A stretch of 64,000 nt of DNA from positions 3,472,001 through 3,536,000 of the forward strand of contig OZ024757.1 in NCBI GenBank assembly GCA_964016885.1. Direction: 5' to 3'. This document shows positions 26,815 through 41,800 of this stretch, in pieces. This stretch comes from Eledone cirrhosa (Eukaryota). Both the position numbers and the translations under genes were made by a program. The notes beneath the pieces were generated by a model. It saw only the letters and a program-made list of their open reading frames with translations, was not told where the DNA came from and did not search any database. The stretch's first letter is position 1; each line of letters starts with the position of its first letter.

Positions 26815-29800
26815 TAAGGCTAATTGATAGAGTGTAAGGTTACTTGATAGAGTGTGTAGTGTTACTTGATAGAGTGTGTAAGGTTACTTGATAGAGTGTG
26901 TAAGGCTACTTGATAGAGTGTGTAGTGTTACTTGATAGAGTGTGTAAGGTTACTTGATAGACAGTGTAAGGTTACTCGATAGAGTGTTTAGTGTTACTTG
27001 ATAGAGTGTGTAAGGTTATTTGATAGAGTGTGTAAGGTTACTTGATAGAGTGTGTAGTATTACTTGATAGAGTGTAAGGTTACTCGATAGAGTGTGTAAG
27101 GTTACTTGATAGAGTGTGCAGTGTTACTTGAAAGAGTGTGTAAGGTTAATTGACCGAGTGTGTAGGGTTACTTGATAGAGTGTGTAATGTTAATTTATAG
27201 AGTGTGGAATGTTACTTGATAGAGTGTGTAAGGTTACTCGATATAGTGTGTAAGGTTACTCGATAGAGCGTGTAAGTTTACTTGATAGAGTGTGTAAGGT
27301 TACTTGACAGAGTAGAAGGTTACTTGATAGAGTAGAAGGTTACTTGATAGAGTGTGTAAGGTTACTTGATAGAGTGTGTAAGGTTACTTGATAGAGTGTG
27401 TAAGGTTACTCGATAGAGTGTGTAAGGTTACTCGATAGAGTGTGTAAGGCTCCTTGATAGAGTGTAAGGTTACTTGATAGAGTGTGTAAGGTTACTTGAT
27501 AGAGTGTGTAAGGTTACTTGATAGAGTGTGTAAGGTTACTTGATAGAGTGTGTAAAGTTACTTGATAGAGTGTGTAAGGTTACTTGATAGAGTGTGTAAG
27601 GTTACTTGATAGAGTGTGTAAGGTTACTCGATAGAGCGTGTAAGTTTACTTGATAGAGTGCGTAAGGTTACTTGATAGAGTAGAAGGTTACTTGATAGAG
27701 TAGAAGGTTACTTGATAGAGTAGAAGGTTACTTGATAGAGTGTGTAAGGTTACTTGATAGAGTGTGTAAGGTTACTCGATAGAGTGTGTAAGGTTACTCG
27801 ATAGAGTGTGTAAGGTTCCTTGATAGAGTGTAAGGTTACTTGATAGAGTGTGTAAGGTTACTTGATAGAGTGTGTAAGGTTACTTGATAGAGTGTGTAAG
27901 GTTACTTGATAGAGTGTGTAAGGTTACTTGATAGAGTGTGTAAGGTTACTTGATAGAGTGTGTAAGGTTACTTGATAGAGTGTGTAAGGTTACTTGATAG
28001 AGTGTGTAAGGTTACTTGATAGAGTGTGTAGTGTTCCTTGATAGAGTGTGCAAGGTTACTTGATAGAGTGTGTAAGGTTACTTGATAGAGTGTGTAAGAT
28101 TACTTGATAGAGTGTGGAAGGTTACTTGATAGAGTGTGGAAGGTTACTTGATAGAGTGTGTAAGGTTACTTGATAGAGTGTGTAAGGTTACTTGATAGAG
28201 TGTGTAAGGTTACTTGATAGAGTGTAAGGTTACTTGATAGAGTGTGTAAGGTTACATGATAGAGTGTGTAAGGTTACTTGATAGAGTGTGGAAGGTTACT
28301 TAATAGAGTGTGTAAGGTTACTTGATAGAGCGTGTAAGGTTACTTGATAGAGTGTGTAAGGTTACTAGATAGAGTGTGTAAGGCTACTTGATAGAGTGTC
28401 CAAGGTTACTTGATAGAGTGTTTAGTGTTACTTGATAGAGTGTGTAATGTTACTTGATAGAGTGTGTAAGGCTACTTGATAGAGTGTGTAAGGTTACTCG
28501 ATAGAGTGTGTAAGGTTACTTGATAGAGTGTTTAAGGTTACTCAACAGAGTGTGTAAGTTTATTTGATAGAGTTGGTAAGTTTACTCGATAGAGTGTGTA
28601 AGGTTACTTGATAGAGTGTGTAAGGTTACTTGATAGAGTGTGTATGGTTACTTGATAGAGTGTAAGGTTACTCGATAGAGTGTGTAAGGCTACTTGATAG
28701 AGTGTGTAAGCTTACTCGATAGAGTGTGTAAGGTTACTCGATAGAGTGTGTAGTGTTACTTGATAGAGTGTAACGTTACTCGATAGAGTGTGTAAGGCTA
28801 CTTGATAGAGTGTGTAAGGTTACTTGATAGAGTCTGTAAGTTAACTCGATAGAGTGTGTAAGGTTACTCGATAGAGTGTGTAGTGTTACTTGCTAGAGTG
28901 TGTAAGGTTATTTGATAGAGTGTGTAATGTTACTTGATAGAGTGTGTAAGGTTACTTGATAGAGCGTGTAAGGTTACTCGATAGAGTGTGTAAGGTTACT
29001 TGATAGAGTGTGTAAGGTTACTTGATAGAGTGTGTAAGGTTACTTGATAGAGTGTTTAAAGTTACTTGATAGAGTGTGTAAGTTTACTCGATATAGTGTG
29101 TAAGGTTACTTGATAGAGTGTGTAAGTTTACTTGATAGAGTGTGTAAGGTTACTTGATAGAGTAGAAGGTTACTTGATAGAGTAGAAGGTTACTTGATAG
29201 AGTGTGTAAGGTTACTAGATAGAGTGTGTAACGTTACTTGATATAGTGTGTAAGGTTACTCGGTAGAGTATGTAAGGTTACTCGATAGAGTGTGTAAGGT
29301 TCCTTGATAGAGTGTAAGGTTACTTGATAGAGTGTGTAAGGTTACTTGATAGAGTGTAAGTTTACTTGATAGAGTGTGTAAGGTTACTTGATAGAGTGTG
29401 TAAGGTTACTTGATAGAGTGTGTAAGGTTACTTGATAGAGTGTAAGGTTACTTGATAGAGTGTGTAAGGTTACTTGATAGAGTGTGTAAGGTTACTTGAT
29501 AGAGTGTGTAAGGTTACTTGATAGAGTGTGTAAGGTTACTTGATAGAATGTGTAAGGTTACTTGATAGAGTGTGTAAGGTTACTTGATAGAGTGTGAACG
29601 GTTACTTGATAGAGTGTATAAGGTTACTCGATAGAGTGTGTAAGGTTACTCGATAGAGTGTGTAAGGTTACTTGATAGAGTGTGTAAGGTTACTTGATAG
29701 AGTGTAAGGTTACTTGATAGAGTGTGTAAGGTTACTTGATAGAGTGTGTAAGGGTACTTGATAGAGTGTGTAAGGTTACTTAATAGAGTGTGTAAGGTTA

Positions 29801-32800
29801 CTTGATAGAGTGTGATATGTTACTCGGTAGATTGTGTAAGGTTACTTGATAGAGTGTGTAAGGTTACTTGATAGAGTGTGTCAGGTTACTTGATAGAGTG
29901 TAAGGCTACTTGATAGAGTGTGTAAGGTTACTTGATAGAGTGTATAAGGTTACTCGATAGAGTGTGTAGTGTTACTTGATAGAGTTTAAGGTTACTCGAT
30001 AGAGTGTGTAAGGCTACCTGATAGAGTGTCCAAGGTTACTTGATAGAGTGTTTAGTGTTACTTGATAGAGTGTGTAAGGCTACTTGATAGAGTGTGTAGT
30101 TTTACTTGATAGAGTGTGTAAGGTAAATTGATAGAGTGTGTAAGGCTACTTGACAGAGTGTGTAAGGTTACTCCATAGAGTGTGTAAGGTTACTCGATAG
30201 AGTGTGTAAGGTTACTTGATAGATTGTGTAAGGTTACTTGATAGAGTGTGTATGGTTACTTGATAGAGTGTAACGTTACTCGATAGAGTGTGTAAGGCTA
30301 CATGATAGAGTGTGTAAGGTTACTTGATAGAATGTGTAAGGTTACTTGATAGAGTGTGTAAGGTTACTTGGTAGAGTGTGTAAGGTTACTCAATAGAGTG
30401 TGTAAGGTTATTTGATAGAGTGTGTAAGTTTACTCGATAGAGTGTGTAAGGCTACTTGATAGAGTGTAAAGTTACTTGATAGAGTGTGTAAGGTTACTTG
30501 ATAGAGTGTAAGGTTACTTGATAGAGTGTGGAAGGTTACTTAATAGAGAGTGTAAGGTTACTTGATAGAGCGTGTAAGGTTAGTTGATAGAGTGTGTAAG
30601 GTTACTTCATAGAGTGTGTAAGGTTACTTCATAGAGTGTGTAAGGTTACTTGATAGAGTGTGTAAGGTTACTTAATAGAGCGTGTAAGGTTACTTGATAG
30701 AGTGTGTAAGGTTACTCAATATAGTGTGTAAGATTACTTGATAGAGTGTAAGGTTACTTCATAGAGTGTGTAAGGTTACTTGACAGAGTTTGTAGTGTTA
30801 TTTGATAGTACTGTGTAATGTTACTTGATAGAGTGTTGAAGGTTACTTGATAGAGTTTGGATGGCTACTTGATAGAGTGTGTAAGGTTACTTGATAGAGT
30901 GTGTAAGGTTACTTGATAGAGTAGAAGGTTACTTGATAGAGTGTGTAAGGTTACTTGATAGAGTGTGTAAGGTTACTCGATAGAGTGTGTAAGGTTACTC
31001 GATAGAGTGTGTAAGGTTCCTTGATAGAGTGTAAGGTTACTTGATAGAGTGTGTAAGGTTACTTGATAGAGTGTGTAAGGTTACTTGATAGAGTGTGTAA
31101 GGTTACTTGATAGAGTGTGTAAGGTTACTTGATAGAGTGTGTAAGGTTACTCGATAGAGTGTGTAAGGTTACTTGATAGAGTGTGTAAGGTTACTTGATA
31201 GAGTGTGGAAGGTTACTTGATAGAGTGTGTAAGGTTACTTGATAGAGTGTAAGGTTACTTGATAGAGTGTGTAAGGTTACATGATAGAGTGTGTAAGGTT
31301 ACTTGATAGAGTGTGGAAGGTTACTTAATAGAGTGTGTAAGGTTACTTGATAGAACGTGTAAGGTTACTTGATAGAGTGTGTAAGGTTACTAGATAGAGT
31401 GTGTAAGGCTACTTGATAGAGTGTCCAAGGTTACTTGATAGAGTGTTTAGTGTTACTTGATAGAGTGTGTAATGTTACTTGATAGAGTGTGTAAGGCTAC
31501 TTGATAGAGCGTGTAAGGTTACTCGATAGAGTGTGTAAGGTTACTTGATAGAGTGTTTAAGGTTACTCAACAGAGTGTGTAAGTTTATTTGATAGAGTTG
31601 GTAAGTTTACTCGATAGAGTGTGTAAGGTTACTTGATAGAGTGTGTAAGGTTACGTGATAGAGTGTGTATGGTTACTTGATAGAGTGTAAGGTTACTCGA
31701 TAGAGTGTGTAAGGCTACTTGATAGAGTGTGTAAGCTTACTCGATAGAGTGTGTAAGGTTACTCGATAGAGTGTGTAGTGTTACTTGATAGAGTGTAACG
31801 TTACTCGTTAGAGTGTGTAAGGCTACTTGATAGAGTGTGTAAGGTTACTTGATAGAGTCTGTAAGTTTACTCGATAGAGTGTGTAAGGTTACTCGATAGA
31901 GTGTGTAGTGTTACTTGATAGAGTGTGTAAGGTTACTTAATAGAGCGTGTAAGGTTACTCGATAGAGTGTGTAAGTTTACTCGATATAGTGTGTAAGGTT
32001 ACTTGATAGAGTGTGTAAGTTTACTTGATAGAGTGTGTAAGGTTACTTGATAGAGTAGAAGGTATGTTGATAGAGTAGAAGGTTACTTGATAGAGTGTGT
32101 AAGGTTACTAGATAGAGTGTGTAAGGTTACTTGATATAGTGTGTAAGGTTACTCGATAGAGTATGTAAGGTTACTCGATAGAGTGTGTAAGGTTCCTTGA
32201 TAGAGTGTAAGGTTACTTGATAGAGTGTGTAAGGTTACTTGATAGAGTGTGTAAGGTTACTTGATAGAGTGTGTAAGGTTACTTGATAGAGTGTGTAAGG
32301 TTACTTTATAGAGTGTATAGTGTTACTTGATAGAGTGTGTAAGATTACTTGATAGAGTGTGTAAGATTACTCGATAGAGTGTGTAAGGTTACTTGATAGA
32401 GTGTGTAAGGTTACTCGGTAGATTGTGTAAGGTTACTTGATAGAGTGTGTAAGGTTACTTGATAGAGTGTAAGGCTACTTGATAGAGTGTGTAAGGTTAC
32501 TTGATAGAGTGTGTAAGGTTACTTGATAGAGTGTGTAAGGTTACTTGATAGAGTGTAAGGTTACTTGATAGAGTGTGTAAGGTTACTTGATAGAGTGTGT
32601 AAGGTTACTTGATAGAGTGTGTAAGGTTACTTGATAGAGTGTAAGTTTACTTGATAGAGTGTGTAAGGTTACTTGATAGAGTGTGTAAGGTTACTTGATA
32701 GAGTGTGTAAGGTTACTTGATAGAGTGTAAGGTTACTTGATAGAGTGTGTAAGGTTACTTGATAGAGTGTGTAAGGTTACTTGATAGAGTGTGTAAGGTT

Positions 32801-35800
32801 ACTTGATAGAGTGTGTAAGGTTACTTGATAGAATGTGTAAGGTTACTTGATAGAGTGTGTAAGGTTACTTGATAGAGTGTGAACGGTTACTTGATAGAGT
32901 GTGTAAGATTACTTGATAGAGTGTGTAAGGTTACTAGATAGAGTGTATAAGGTTACTCGATAGAGTGTGTAAGGTTACTCGATAGAGTGTGTAAGGTTAC
33001 TTGATAGAGTGTGTAAGGTTACTTGATAGAGTGTAAGGTTACTTGATAGAGTGTGTAAGGTTACTTGATAGAGTGTGTAAGGTTACTTGATAGAGTGTGT
33101 AAGGTTACTTAATAGAGTGTGTAAGGTTACTTGATAGAATGTGATAGGTTACTCGGTAGATTGTGTAAGGTTACTTGATAGAGTGTGTACGGTTACTTGA
33201 TAGAGTGTGTCAGGTTACTTGATAGAGTGTAAGGCTACTTGATAGAGTGTGTAAGGTTACATGATAGAGTGTGTAAGGTTACTTGATAGAGTGTGGAAGG
33301 TTACTTAATAGAGTGTGTAAGGTTACTTGATAGAGCGTGTAAGGTTACTTGATAGAGTGTGTAAGGTTACTAGATAGAGTGTGTAAGGCTACTTGATAGA
33401 GTATCCAAGGTTACTTGATAGAGTGTTTAGTGTTACTTGATAGAGTGTGTAATGTTACTTGATAGAGTGTGTAAGGCTACTTGATAGAGTGTGTAAGGTT
33501 ACTCGATAGAGTGTGTAAGGTTACTTGATAGAGTGTTTAAGGTTACTCAACAGAGTGTGTAAGTTTATTTGATAGAGTTGGTAAGTTTACTCGATAGAGT
33601 GTGTAAGGTTACTTGATAGAGTGTGTAAGGTTACTTGATAGAGTGTGTATGGTTACTTGATAGAGTGTAAGGTTACTCGATAGAGTGTGTAAGGCTACTT
33701 GATAGAGTGTGTAAGCTTACTCGATAGAGTGTGTAAGGTTACTCGATAGAGTGTGTAGTGTTACTTGATAGAGTGTAACGTTACTCGATAGAGTGTGTAA
33801 GGCTACTTGATAGAGTGTGTAAGGTTACTTGATAGAGTCTGTAAGTTAACTCGATAGAGTGTGTAAGGTTACTCGATAGAGTGTGTAGTGTTACTTGCTA
33901 GAGTGTGTAAGGTTATTTGATAGAGTGTGTAATGTTACTTGATAGAGTGTGTAAGGTTACTTGATAGAGCGTGTAAGGTTACTCGATAGAGTGTGTAAGG
34001 TTACTTGATAGAGTGTGTAAGGTTACTTGATAGAGTGTGTAAGGTTACTTGATAGAGTGTTTAAAGTTACTTGATAGAGTGTGTAAGTTTACTCGATATA
34101 GTGTGTAAGGTTACTTGATAGAGTGTGTAAGTTTACTTGATAGAGTGTGTAAGGTTACTTGATAGAGTAGAAGGTTACTTGATAGAGTAGAAGGTTACTT
34201 GATAGAGTGTGTAAGGTTACTAGATAGAGTGTGTAACGTTACTTGATATAGTGTGTAAGGTTACTCGGTAGAGTATGTAAGGTTACTCGATAGAGTGTGT
34301 AAGGTTCCTTGATAGAGTGTAAGGTTACTTGATAGAGTGTGTAAGGTTACTTGATAGAGTGTGTAAGGTTACTTGATAGAGTGTATAGTGTTACTTGATA
34401 GAGTGTGTAAGTTTACTTGATAGAGTGTGTAAGATTACTCGATAGAGTGTGTAAGGTTACTTGATAGAGTGTGTAAGGTTACTCGGTAGATTGTGTAAGG
34501 TTACTTGATAGAGTGTGTAAGGTTACTTGATAGAGTGTAAGGCTACTTGATAGAGTGTGTAAGGTTACTTGATAGAGTGTGTAAGGTTACTTGATAGAGT
34601 GTGTAAGGTTACTTGATAGAGTGTAAGGTTACTTGATAGAGTGTGTAAGGTTACTTGATAGAGTGTGTAAGGTTACTTGATAGAGTGTGTAAGGTTACTT
34701 GATAGAGTGTAAGTTTACTTGATAGAGTGTGTAAGGTTACTTGATAGAGTGTGTAAGGTTACTTGATAGAGTGTGTAAGGTTACTTGATAGAGTGTAAGG
34801 TTACTTGATAGAGTGTGTAAGGTTACTTGATAGAGTGTGTAAGGTTACTTGATAGAGTGTGTAAGGTTACTTGATAGAGTGTGTAAGGTTACTTGATAGA
34901 ATGTGTAAGGTTACTTGATAGAGTGTGTAAGGTTACTTGATAGAGTGTGAACGGTTACTTGATAGAGTGTATAAGGTTACTCGATAGAGTGTGTAAGGTT
35001 ACTCGATAGAGTGTGTAAGGTTACTTGATAGAGTGTGTAAGGTTACTTGATAGAGTGTAAGGTTACTTGATAGAGTGTGTAAGGTTACTTGATAGAGTGT
35101 GTAAGGGTACTTGATAGAGTGTGTAAGGTTACTTAATAGAGTGTGTAAGGTTACTTGATAGAGTGTGATATGTTACTCGGTAGATTGTGTAAGGTTACTT
35201 GATAGAGTGTGTAAGGTTACTTGATAGAGTGTGTCAGGTTACTTGATAGAGTGTAAGGCTACTTGATAGAGTGTGTAAGGTTACTTGATAGAGTGTATAA
35301 GGTTACTCGATAGAGTGTGTAGTGTTACTTGATAGAGTTTAAGGTTACTCGATAGAGTGTGTAAGGCTACCTGATAGAGTGTCCAAGGTTACTTGATAGA
35401 GTGTTTAGTGTTACTTGATAGAGTGTCTAAGGCTACTTGATAGAGTGTGTAGTTTTACTTGATAGAGTGTGTAAGGTAAATTGATAGAGTGTGTAAGGCT
35501 ACTTGACAGAGTGTGTAAGGTTACTCCATAGAGTGTGTAAGGTTACTCGATAGAGTGTGTAAGGTTACTTGATAGATTGTGTAAGGTTACTTGATAGAGT
35601 GTGTATGGTTACTTGATAGAGTGTAACGTTACTCGATAGAGTGTGTAAGGCTACATGATAGAGTGTGTAAGGTTACTTGATAGAATGTGTAAGGTTACTT
35701 GATAGAGTGTGTAAGGTTACTTGGTAGAGTGTGTAAGGTTACTCAATAGAGTGTGTAAGGTTATTTGATAGAGTGTGTAAGTTTACTCGATAGAGTGTGT

Positions 35801-38800
35801 AAGGCTACTTGATAGAGTGTAAAGTTACTTGATAGAGTGTGTAAGGTTACTTGATAGAGTGTAAGGTTACTTGATAGAGTGTGGAAGGTTACTTAATTGA
35901 GAGTGTAAGGTTACTTGATAGAGCGTGTAAGGTTAGTTGATAGAGTGTGTAAGGTTACTTCATAGAGTGTGTAAGGTTACTTCATAGAGTGTGTAAGGTT
36001 ACTTGATAGAGTGTGTAAGGTTACTTAATAGAGCGTGTAAGGTTACTTGATAGAGTGTGTAAGGTTACTCAATATAGTGTGTAAGATTACTTGATAGAGT
36101 GTAAGGTTACTTCATAGAGTGTGTAAGGTTACTTGACAGAGTTTGTAGTGTTATTTGATAGTAGTGTGTAATGTTACTTGATAGAGTGTTGAAGGTTACT
36201 TGATAGAGTTTGGATGGCTACTTGATAGAGTGTGTAAGGTTACTTGATAGAGTGTGTAAGGTTACTTGATAGAGTAGAAGGTTACTTGATAGAGTGTGTA
36301 AGGTTACTTGATAGAGTGTGTAAGGTTACTCGATAGAGTGTGTAAGGTTACTCGATAGAGTGTGTAAGGTTCCTTGATAGAGTGTAAGGTTACTTGATAG
36401 AGTGTGTAAGGTTACTTGATAGAGTGTGTAAGGTTACTTGATAGAGTGTGTAAGGTTACTTGATAGAGTGTGTAAGGTTACTTGATAGAGTGTGTAAGGT
36501 TACTCGATAGAGTGTGTAAGGTTACTTGATAGAGTGTGTAAGGTTACTTGATAGAGTGTGGAAGGTTACTTGATAGAGTGTGTAAGGTTACTTGATAGAG
36601 TGTAAGGTTACTTGATAGAGTGTGTAAGGTTACATGATAGAGTGTGTAAGGTTACTTGATAGAGTGTGGAAGGTTACTTAATAGAGTGTGTAAGGTTACT
36701 TGATAGAACGTGTAAGGTTACTTGATAGAGTGTGTAAGGTTACTAGATAGAGTGTGTAAGGCTACTTGATAGAGTGTCCAAGGTTACTTGATAGAGTGTT
36801 TAGTGTTACTTGATAGAGTGTGTAATGTTACTTGATAGAGTGTGTAAGGCTACTTGATAGAGCGTGTAAGGTTACTCGATAGAGTGTGTAAGGTTACTTG
36901 ATAGAGTGTTTAAGGTTACTCAACAGAGTGTGTAAGTTTATTTGATAGAGTTGGTAAGTTTACTCGATAGAGTGTGTAAGGTTACTTGATAGAGTGTGTA
37001 AGGTTACGTGATAGAGTGTGTATGGTTACTTGATAGAGTGTAAGGTTACTCGATAGAGTGTGTAAGGCTACTTGATAGAGTGTGTAAGCTTACTCGATAG
37101 AGTGTGTAAGGTTACTCGATAGAGTGTGTAGTGTTACTTGATAGAGTGTAACGTTACTCGTTAGAGTGTGTAAGGCTACTTGATAGAGTGTGTAAGGTTA
37201 CTTGATAGAGTCTGTAAGTTTACTCGATAGAGTGTGTAAGGTTACTCGATAGAGTGTGTAGTGTTACTTGATAGAGTGTGTAAGGTTACTTAATAGAGCG
37301 TGTAAGGTTACTCGATAGAGTGTGTAAGTTTACTCGATATAGTGTGTAAGGTTACTTGATAGAGTGTGTAAGTTTACTTGATAGAGTGTGTAAGGTTACT
37401 TGATAGAGTAGAAGGTATGTTGATAGAGTAGAAGGTTACTTGATAGAGTGTGTAAGGTTACTAGATAGAGTGTGTAAGGTTACTTGATATAGTGTGTAAG
37501 GTTACTCGATAGAGTATGTAAGGTTACTCGATAGAGTGTGTAAGGTTCCTTGATAGAGTGTAAGGTTACTTGATAGAGTGTGTAAGGTTACTTGATAGAG
37601 TGTGTAAGGTTACTTGATAGAGTGTGTAAGGTTACTTGATAGAGTGTGTAAGGTTACTTTATAGAGTGTATAGTGTTACTTGATAGAGTGTGTAAGATTA
37701 CTTGATAGAGTGTGTAAGATTACTCGATAGAGTGTGTAAGGTTACTTGATAGAGTGTGTAAGGTTACTCGGTAGATTGTGTAAGGTTACTTGATAGAGTG
37801 TGTAAGGTTACTTGATAGAGTGTAAGGCTACTTGATAGAGTGTGTAAGGTTACTTGATAGAGTGTGTAAGGTTACTTGATAGAGTGTGTAAGGTTACTTG
37901 ATAGAGTGTAAGGTTACTTGATAGAGTGTGTAAGGTTACTTGATAGAGTGTGTAAGGTTACTTGATAGAGTGTGTAAGGTTACTTGATAGAGTGTAAGTT
38001 TACTTGATAGAGTGTGTAAGGTTACTTGATAGAGTGTGTAAGGTTACTTGATAGAGTGTGTAAGGTTACTTGATAGAGTGTAAGGTTACTTGATAGAGTG
38101 TGTAAGGTTACTTGATAGAGTGTGTAAGGTTACTTGATAGAGTGTGTAAGGTTACTTGATAGAGTGTGTAAGGTTACTTGATAGAATGTGTAAGGTTACT
38201 TGATAGAGTGTGTAAGGTTACTTGATAGAGTGTGAACGGTTACTTGATAGAGTGTGTAAGATTACTTGATAGAGTGTGTAAGGTTACTAGATAGAGTGTA
38301 TAAGGTTACTCGATAGAGTGTGTAAGGTTACTCGATAGAGTGTGTAAGGTTACTTGATAGAGTGTGTAAGGTTACTTGATAGAGTGTAAGGTTACTTGAT
38401 AGAGTGTGTAAGGTTACTTGATAGAGTGTGTAAGGTTACTTGATAGAGTGTGTAAGGTTACTTAATAGAGTGTGTAAGGTTACTTGATAGAATGTGATAG
38501 GTTACTCGGTAGATTGTGTAAGGTTACTTGATAGAGTGTGTACGGTTACTTGATAGAGTGTGTCAGGTTACTTGATAGAGTGTAAGGCTACTTGATAGAG
38601 TGTGTAAGGTTACATGATAGAGTGTGTAAGGTTACTTGATAGAGTGTGGAAGGTTACTTAATAGAGTGTGTAAGGTTACTTGATAGAGCGTGTAAGGTTA
38701 CTTGATAGAGTGTGTAAGGTTACTAGATAGAGTGTGTAAGGCTACTTGATAGAGTGTCCAAGGTTACTTGATAGAGTGTTTAGTGTTACTTGATAGAGTG

Positions 38801-41800
38801 TGTAATGTTACTTGATAGAGTGTGTAAGGCTACTTGATAGAGTGTGTAAGGTTACTCGATAGAGTGTGTAAGGTTACTTGATAGAGTGTTTAAGGTTACT
38901 CAACAGAGTGTGTAAGTTTATTTGATAGAGTTGGTAAGTTTACTCGATAGAGTGTGTAAGGTTACTTGATAGAGTGTGTAAGGTTACTTGATAGAGTGTG
39001 TATGGTTACTTGATAGAGTGTAAGGTTACTCGATAGAGTGTGTAAGGCTACTTGATAGAGTGTGTAAGCTTACTCGATAGAGTGTGTAAGGTTACTCGAT
39101 AGAGTGTGTAGTGTTACTTGATAGAGTGTAACGTTACTCGATAGAGTGTGTAAGGCTACTTGATAGAGTGTGTAAGGTTACTTGATAGAGTCTGTAAGTT
39201 AACTCGATAGAGTGTGTAAGGTTACTCGATAGAGTGTGTAGTGTTACTTGCTAGAGTGTGTAAGGTTATTTGATAGAGTGTGTAATGTTACTTGATAGAG
39301 TGTGTAAGGTTACTTGATAGAGCGTGTAAGGTTACTCGATAGAGTGTGTAAGGTTACTTGATAGAGTGTGTAAGGTTACTTGATAGAGTGTGTAAGGTTA
39401 CTTGATAGAGTGTTTAAAGTTACTTGATAGAGTGTGTAAGTTTACTCGATATAGTGTGTAAGGTTACTTGATAGAGTGTGTAAGTTTACTTGATAGAGTG
39501 TGTAAGGTTACTTGATAGAGTAGAAGGTTACTTGATAGAGTAGAAGGTTACTTGATAGAGTGTGTAAGGTTACTAGATAGAGTGTGTAACGTTACTTGAT
39601 ATAGTGTGTAAGGTTACTCGGTAGAGTATGTAAGGTTACTCGATAGAGTGTGTAAGGTTCCTTGATAGAGTGTAAGGTTACTTGATAGAGTGTGTAAGGT
39701 TACTTGATAGAGTGTGTAAGGTTACTTGATAGAGTGTATAGTGTTACTTGATAGAGTGTGTAAGTTTACTTGATAGAGTGTGTAAGATTACTCGATAGAG
39801 TGTGTAAGGTTACTTGATAGAGTGTGTAAGGTTACTCGGTAGATTGTGTAAGGTTACTTGATAGAGTGTGTAAGGTTACTTGATAGAGTGTAAGGCTACT
39901 TGATAGAGTGTGTAAGGTTACTTGATAGAGTGTGTAAGGTTACTTGATAGAGTGTGTAAGGTTACTTGATAGAGTGTAAGGTTACTTGATAGAGTGTGTA
40001 AGGTTACTTGATAGAGTGTGTAAGGTTACTTGATAGAGTGTGTAAGGTTACTTGATAGAGTGTAAGTTTACTTGATAGAGTGTGTAAGGTTACTTGATAG
40101 AGTGTGTAAGGTTACTTGATAGAGTGTGTAAGGTTACTTGATAGAGTGTAAGGTTACTTGATAGAGTGTGTAAGGTTACTTGATAGAGTGTGTAAGGTTA
40201 CTTGATAGAGTGTGTAAGGTTACTTGATAGAGTGTGTAAGGTTACTTGATAGAATGTGTAAGGTTACTTGATAGAGTGTGTAAGGTTACTTGATAGAGTG
40301 TGAACGGTTACTTGATAGAGTGTATAAGGTTACTCGATAGAGTGTGTAAGGTTACTCGATAGAGTGTGTAAGGTTACTTGATAGAGTGTGTAAGGTTACT
40401 TGATAGAGTGTAAGGTTACTTGATAGAGTGTGTAAGGTTACTTGATAGAGTGTGTAAGGGTACTTGATAGAGTGTGTAATGTTACTTAATAGAGTGTGTA
40501 AGGTTACTTGATAGAGTGTGATATGTTACTCGGTAGATTGTGTAAGGTTACTTGATAGAGTGTGTAAGGTTACTTGATAGAGTGTGTCAGGTTACTTGAT
40601 AGAGTGTAAGGCTACTTGATAGAGTGTGTAAGGTTACTTGATAGAGTGTATAAGGTTACTCGATAGAGTGTGTAGTGTTACTTGATAGAGTTTAAGGTTA
40701 CTCGATAGAGTGTGTAAGGCTACCTGATAGAGTGTCCAAGGTTACTTGATAGAGTGTTTAGTGTTACTTGATAGAGTGTGTAAGGCTACTTGATAGAGTG
40801 TGTAGTTTTACTTGATAGAGTGTGTAAGGTAAATTGATAGAGTGTGTAAGGCTACTTGACAGAGTGTGTAAGGTTACTCCATAGAGTGTGTAAGGTTACT
40901 CGATAGAGTGTGTAAGGTTACTTGATAGATTGTGTAAGGTTACTTGATAGAGTGTGTATGGTTACTTGATAGAGTGTAACGTTACTCGATAGAGTGTGTA
41001 AGGCTACATGATAGAGTGTGTAAGGTTACTTGATAGAATGTGTAAGGTTACTTGATAGAATGTGTAAGGTTACTTGGTAGAGTGTGTAAGGTTACTCAAT
41101 AGAGTGTGTAAGGTTATTTGATAGAGTGTGTAAGTTTACTCGATAGAGTGTGTAAGGCTACTTGATAGAGTGTAAAGTTACTTGATAGAGTGTGTAAGGT
41201 TACTTGATAGAGTGTAAGGTTACTTGATAGAGTGTGGAAGGTTACTTAATAGAGAGTGTAAGGTTACTTGATAGAGCGTGTAAGGTTAGTTGATAGAGTG
41301 TGTAAGGTTACTTCATAGAGTGTGTAAGGTTACTTCATAGAGTGTGTAAGGTTACTTGATAGAGTGTGTAAGGTTACTTAATAGAGCGTGTAAGGTTACT
41401 TGATAGAGTGTGTAAGGTTACTCAATATAGTGTGTAAGATTACTTGATAGAGTGTAAGGTTACTTCATAGAGTGTGTAAGGTTACTTGACAGAGTTTGTA
41501 GTGTTATTTGATAGTAGTGTGTAATGTTACTTGATAGAGTGTTGAAGGTTACTTGATAGAGTTTGGATGGCTACTTGATAGAGTGTGTAAGGTTACTTGA
41601 TAGAGTGTGTAAGGTTACTTGATAGAGTAGAAGGTTACTTGATAGAGTGTGTAAGGTTACTTGATAGAGTGTGTAAGGTTACTTGATAGAGTGTGTAAGG
41701 TTACTCGATAGAGTGTGTAAGGTTACTCGATAGAGTGTGTAAGGTTCCTTGATAGAGTGTAAGGTTACTTGATAGAGTGTGTAAGGTTACTTGATAGAGT

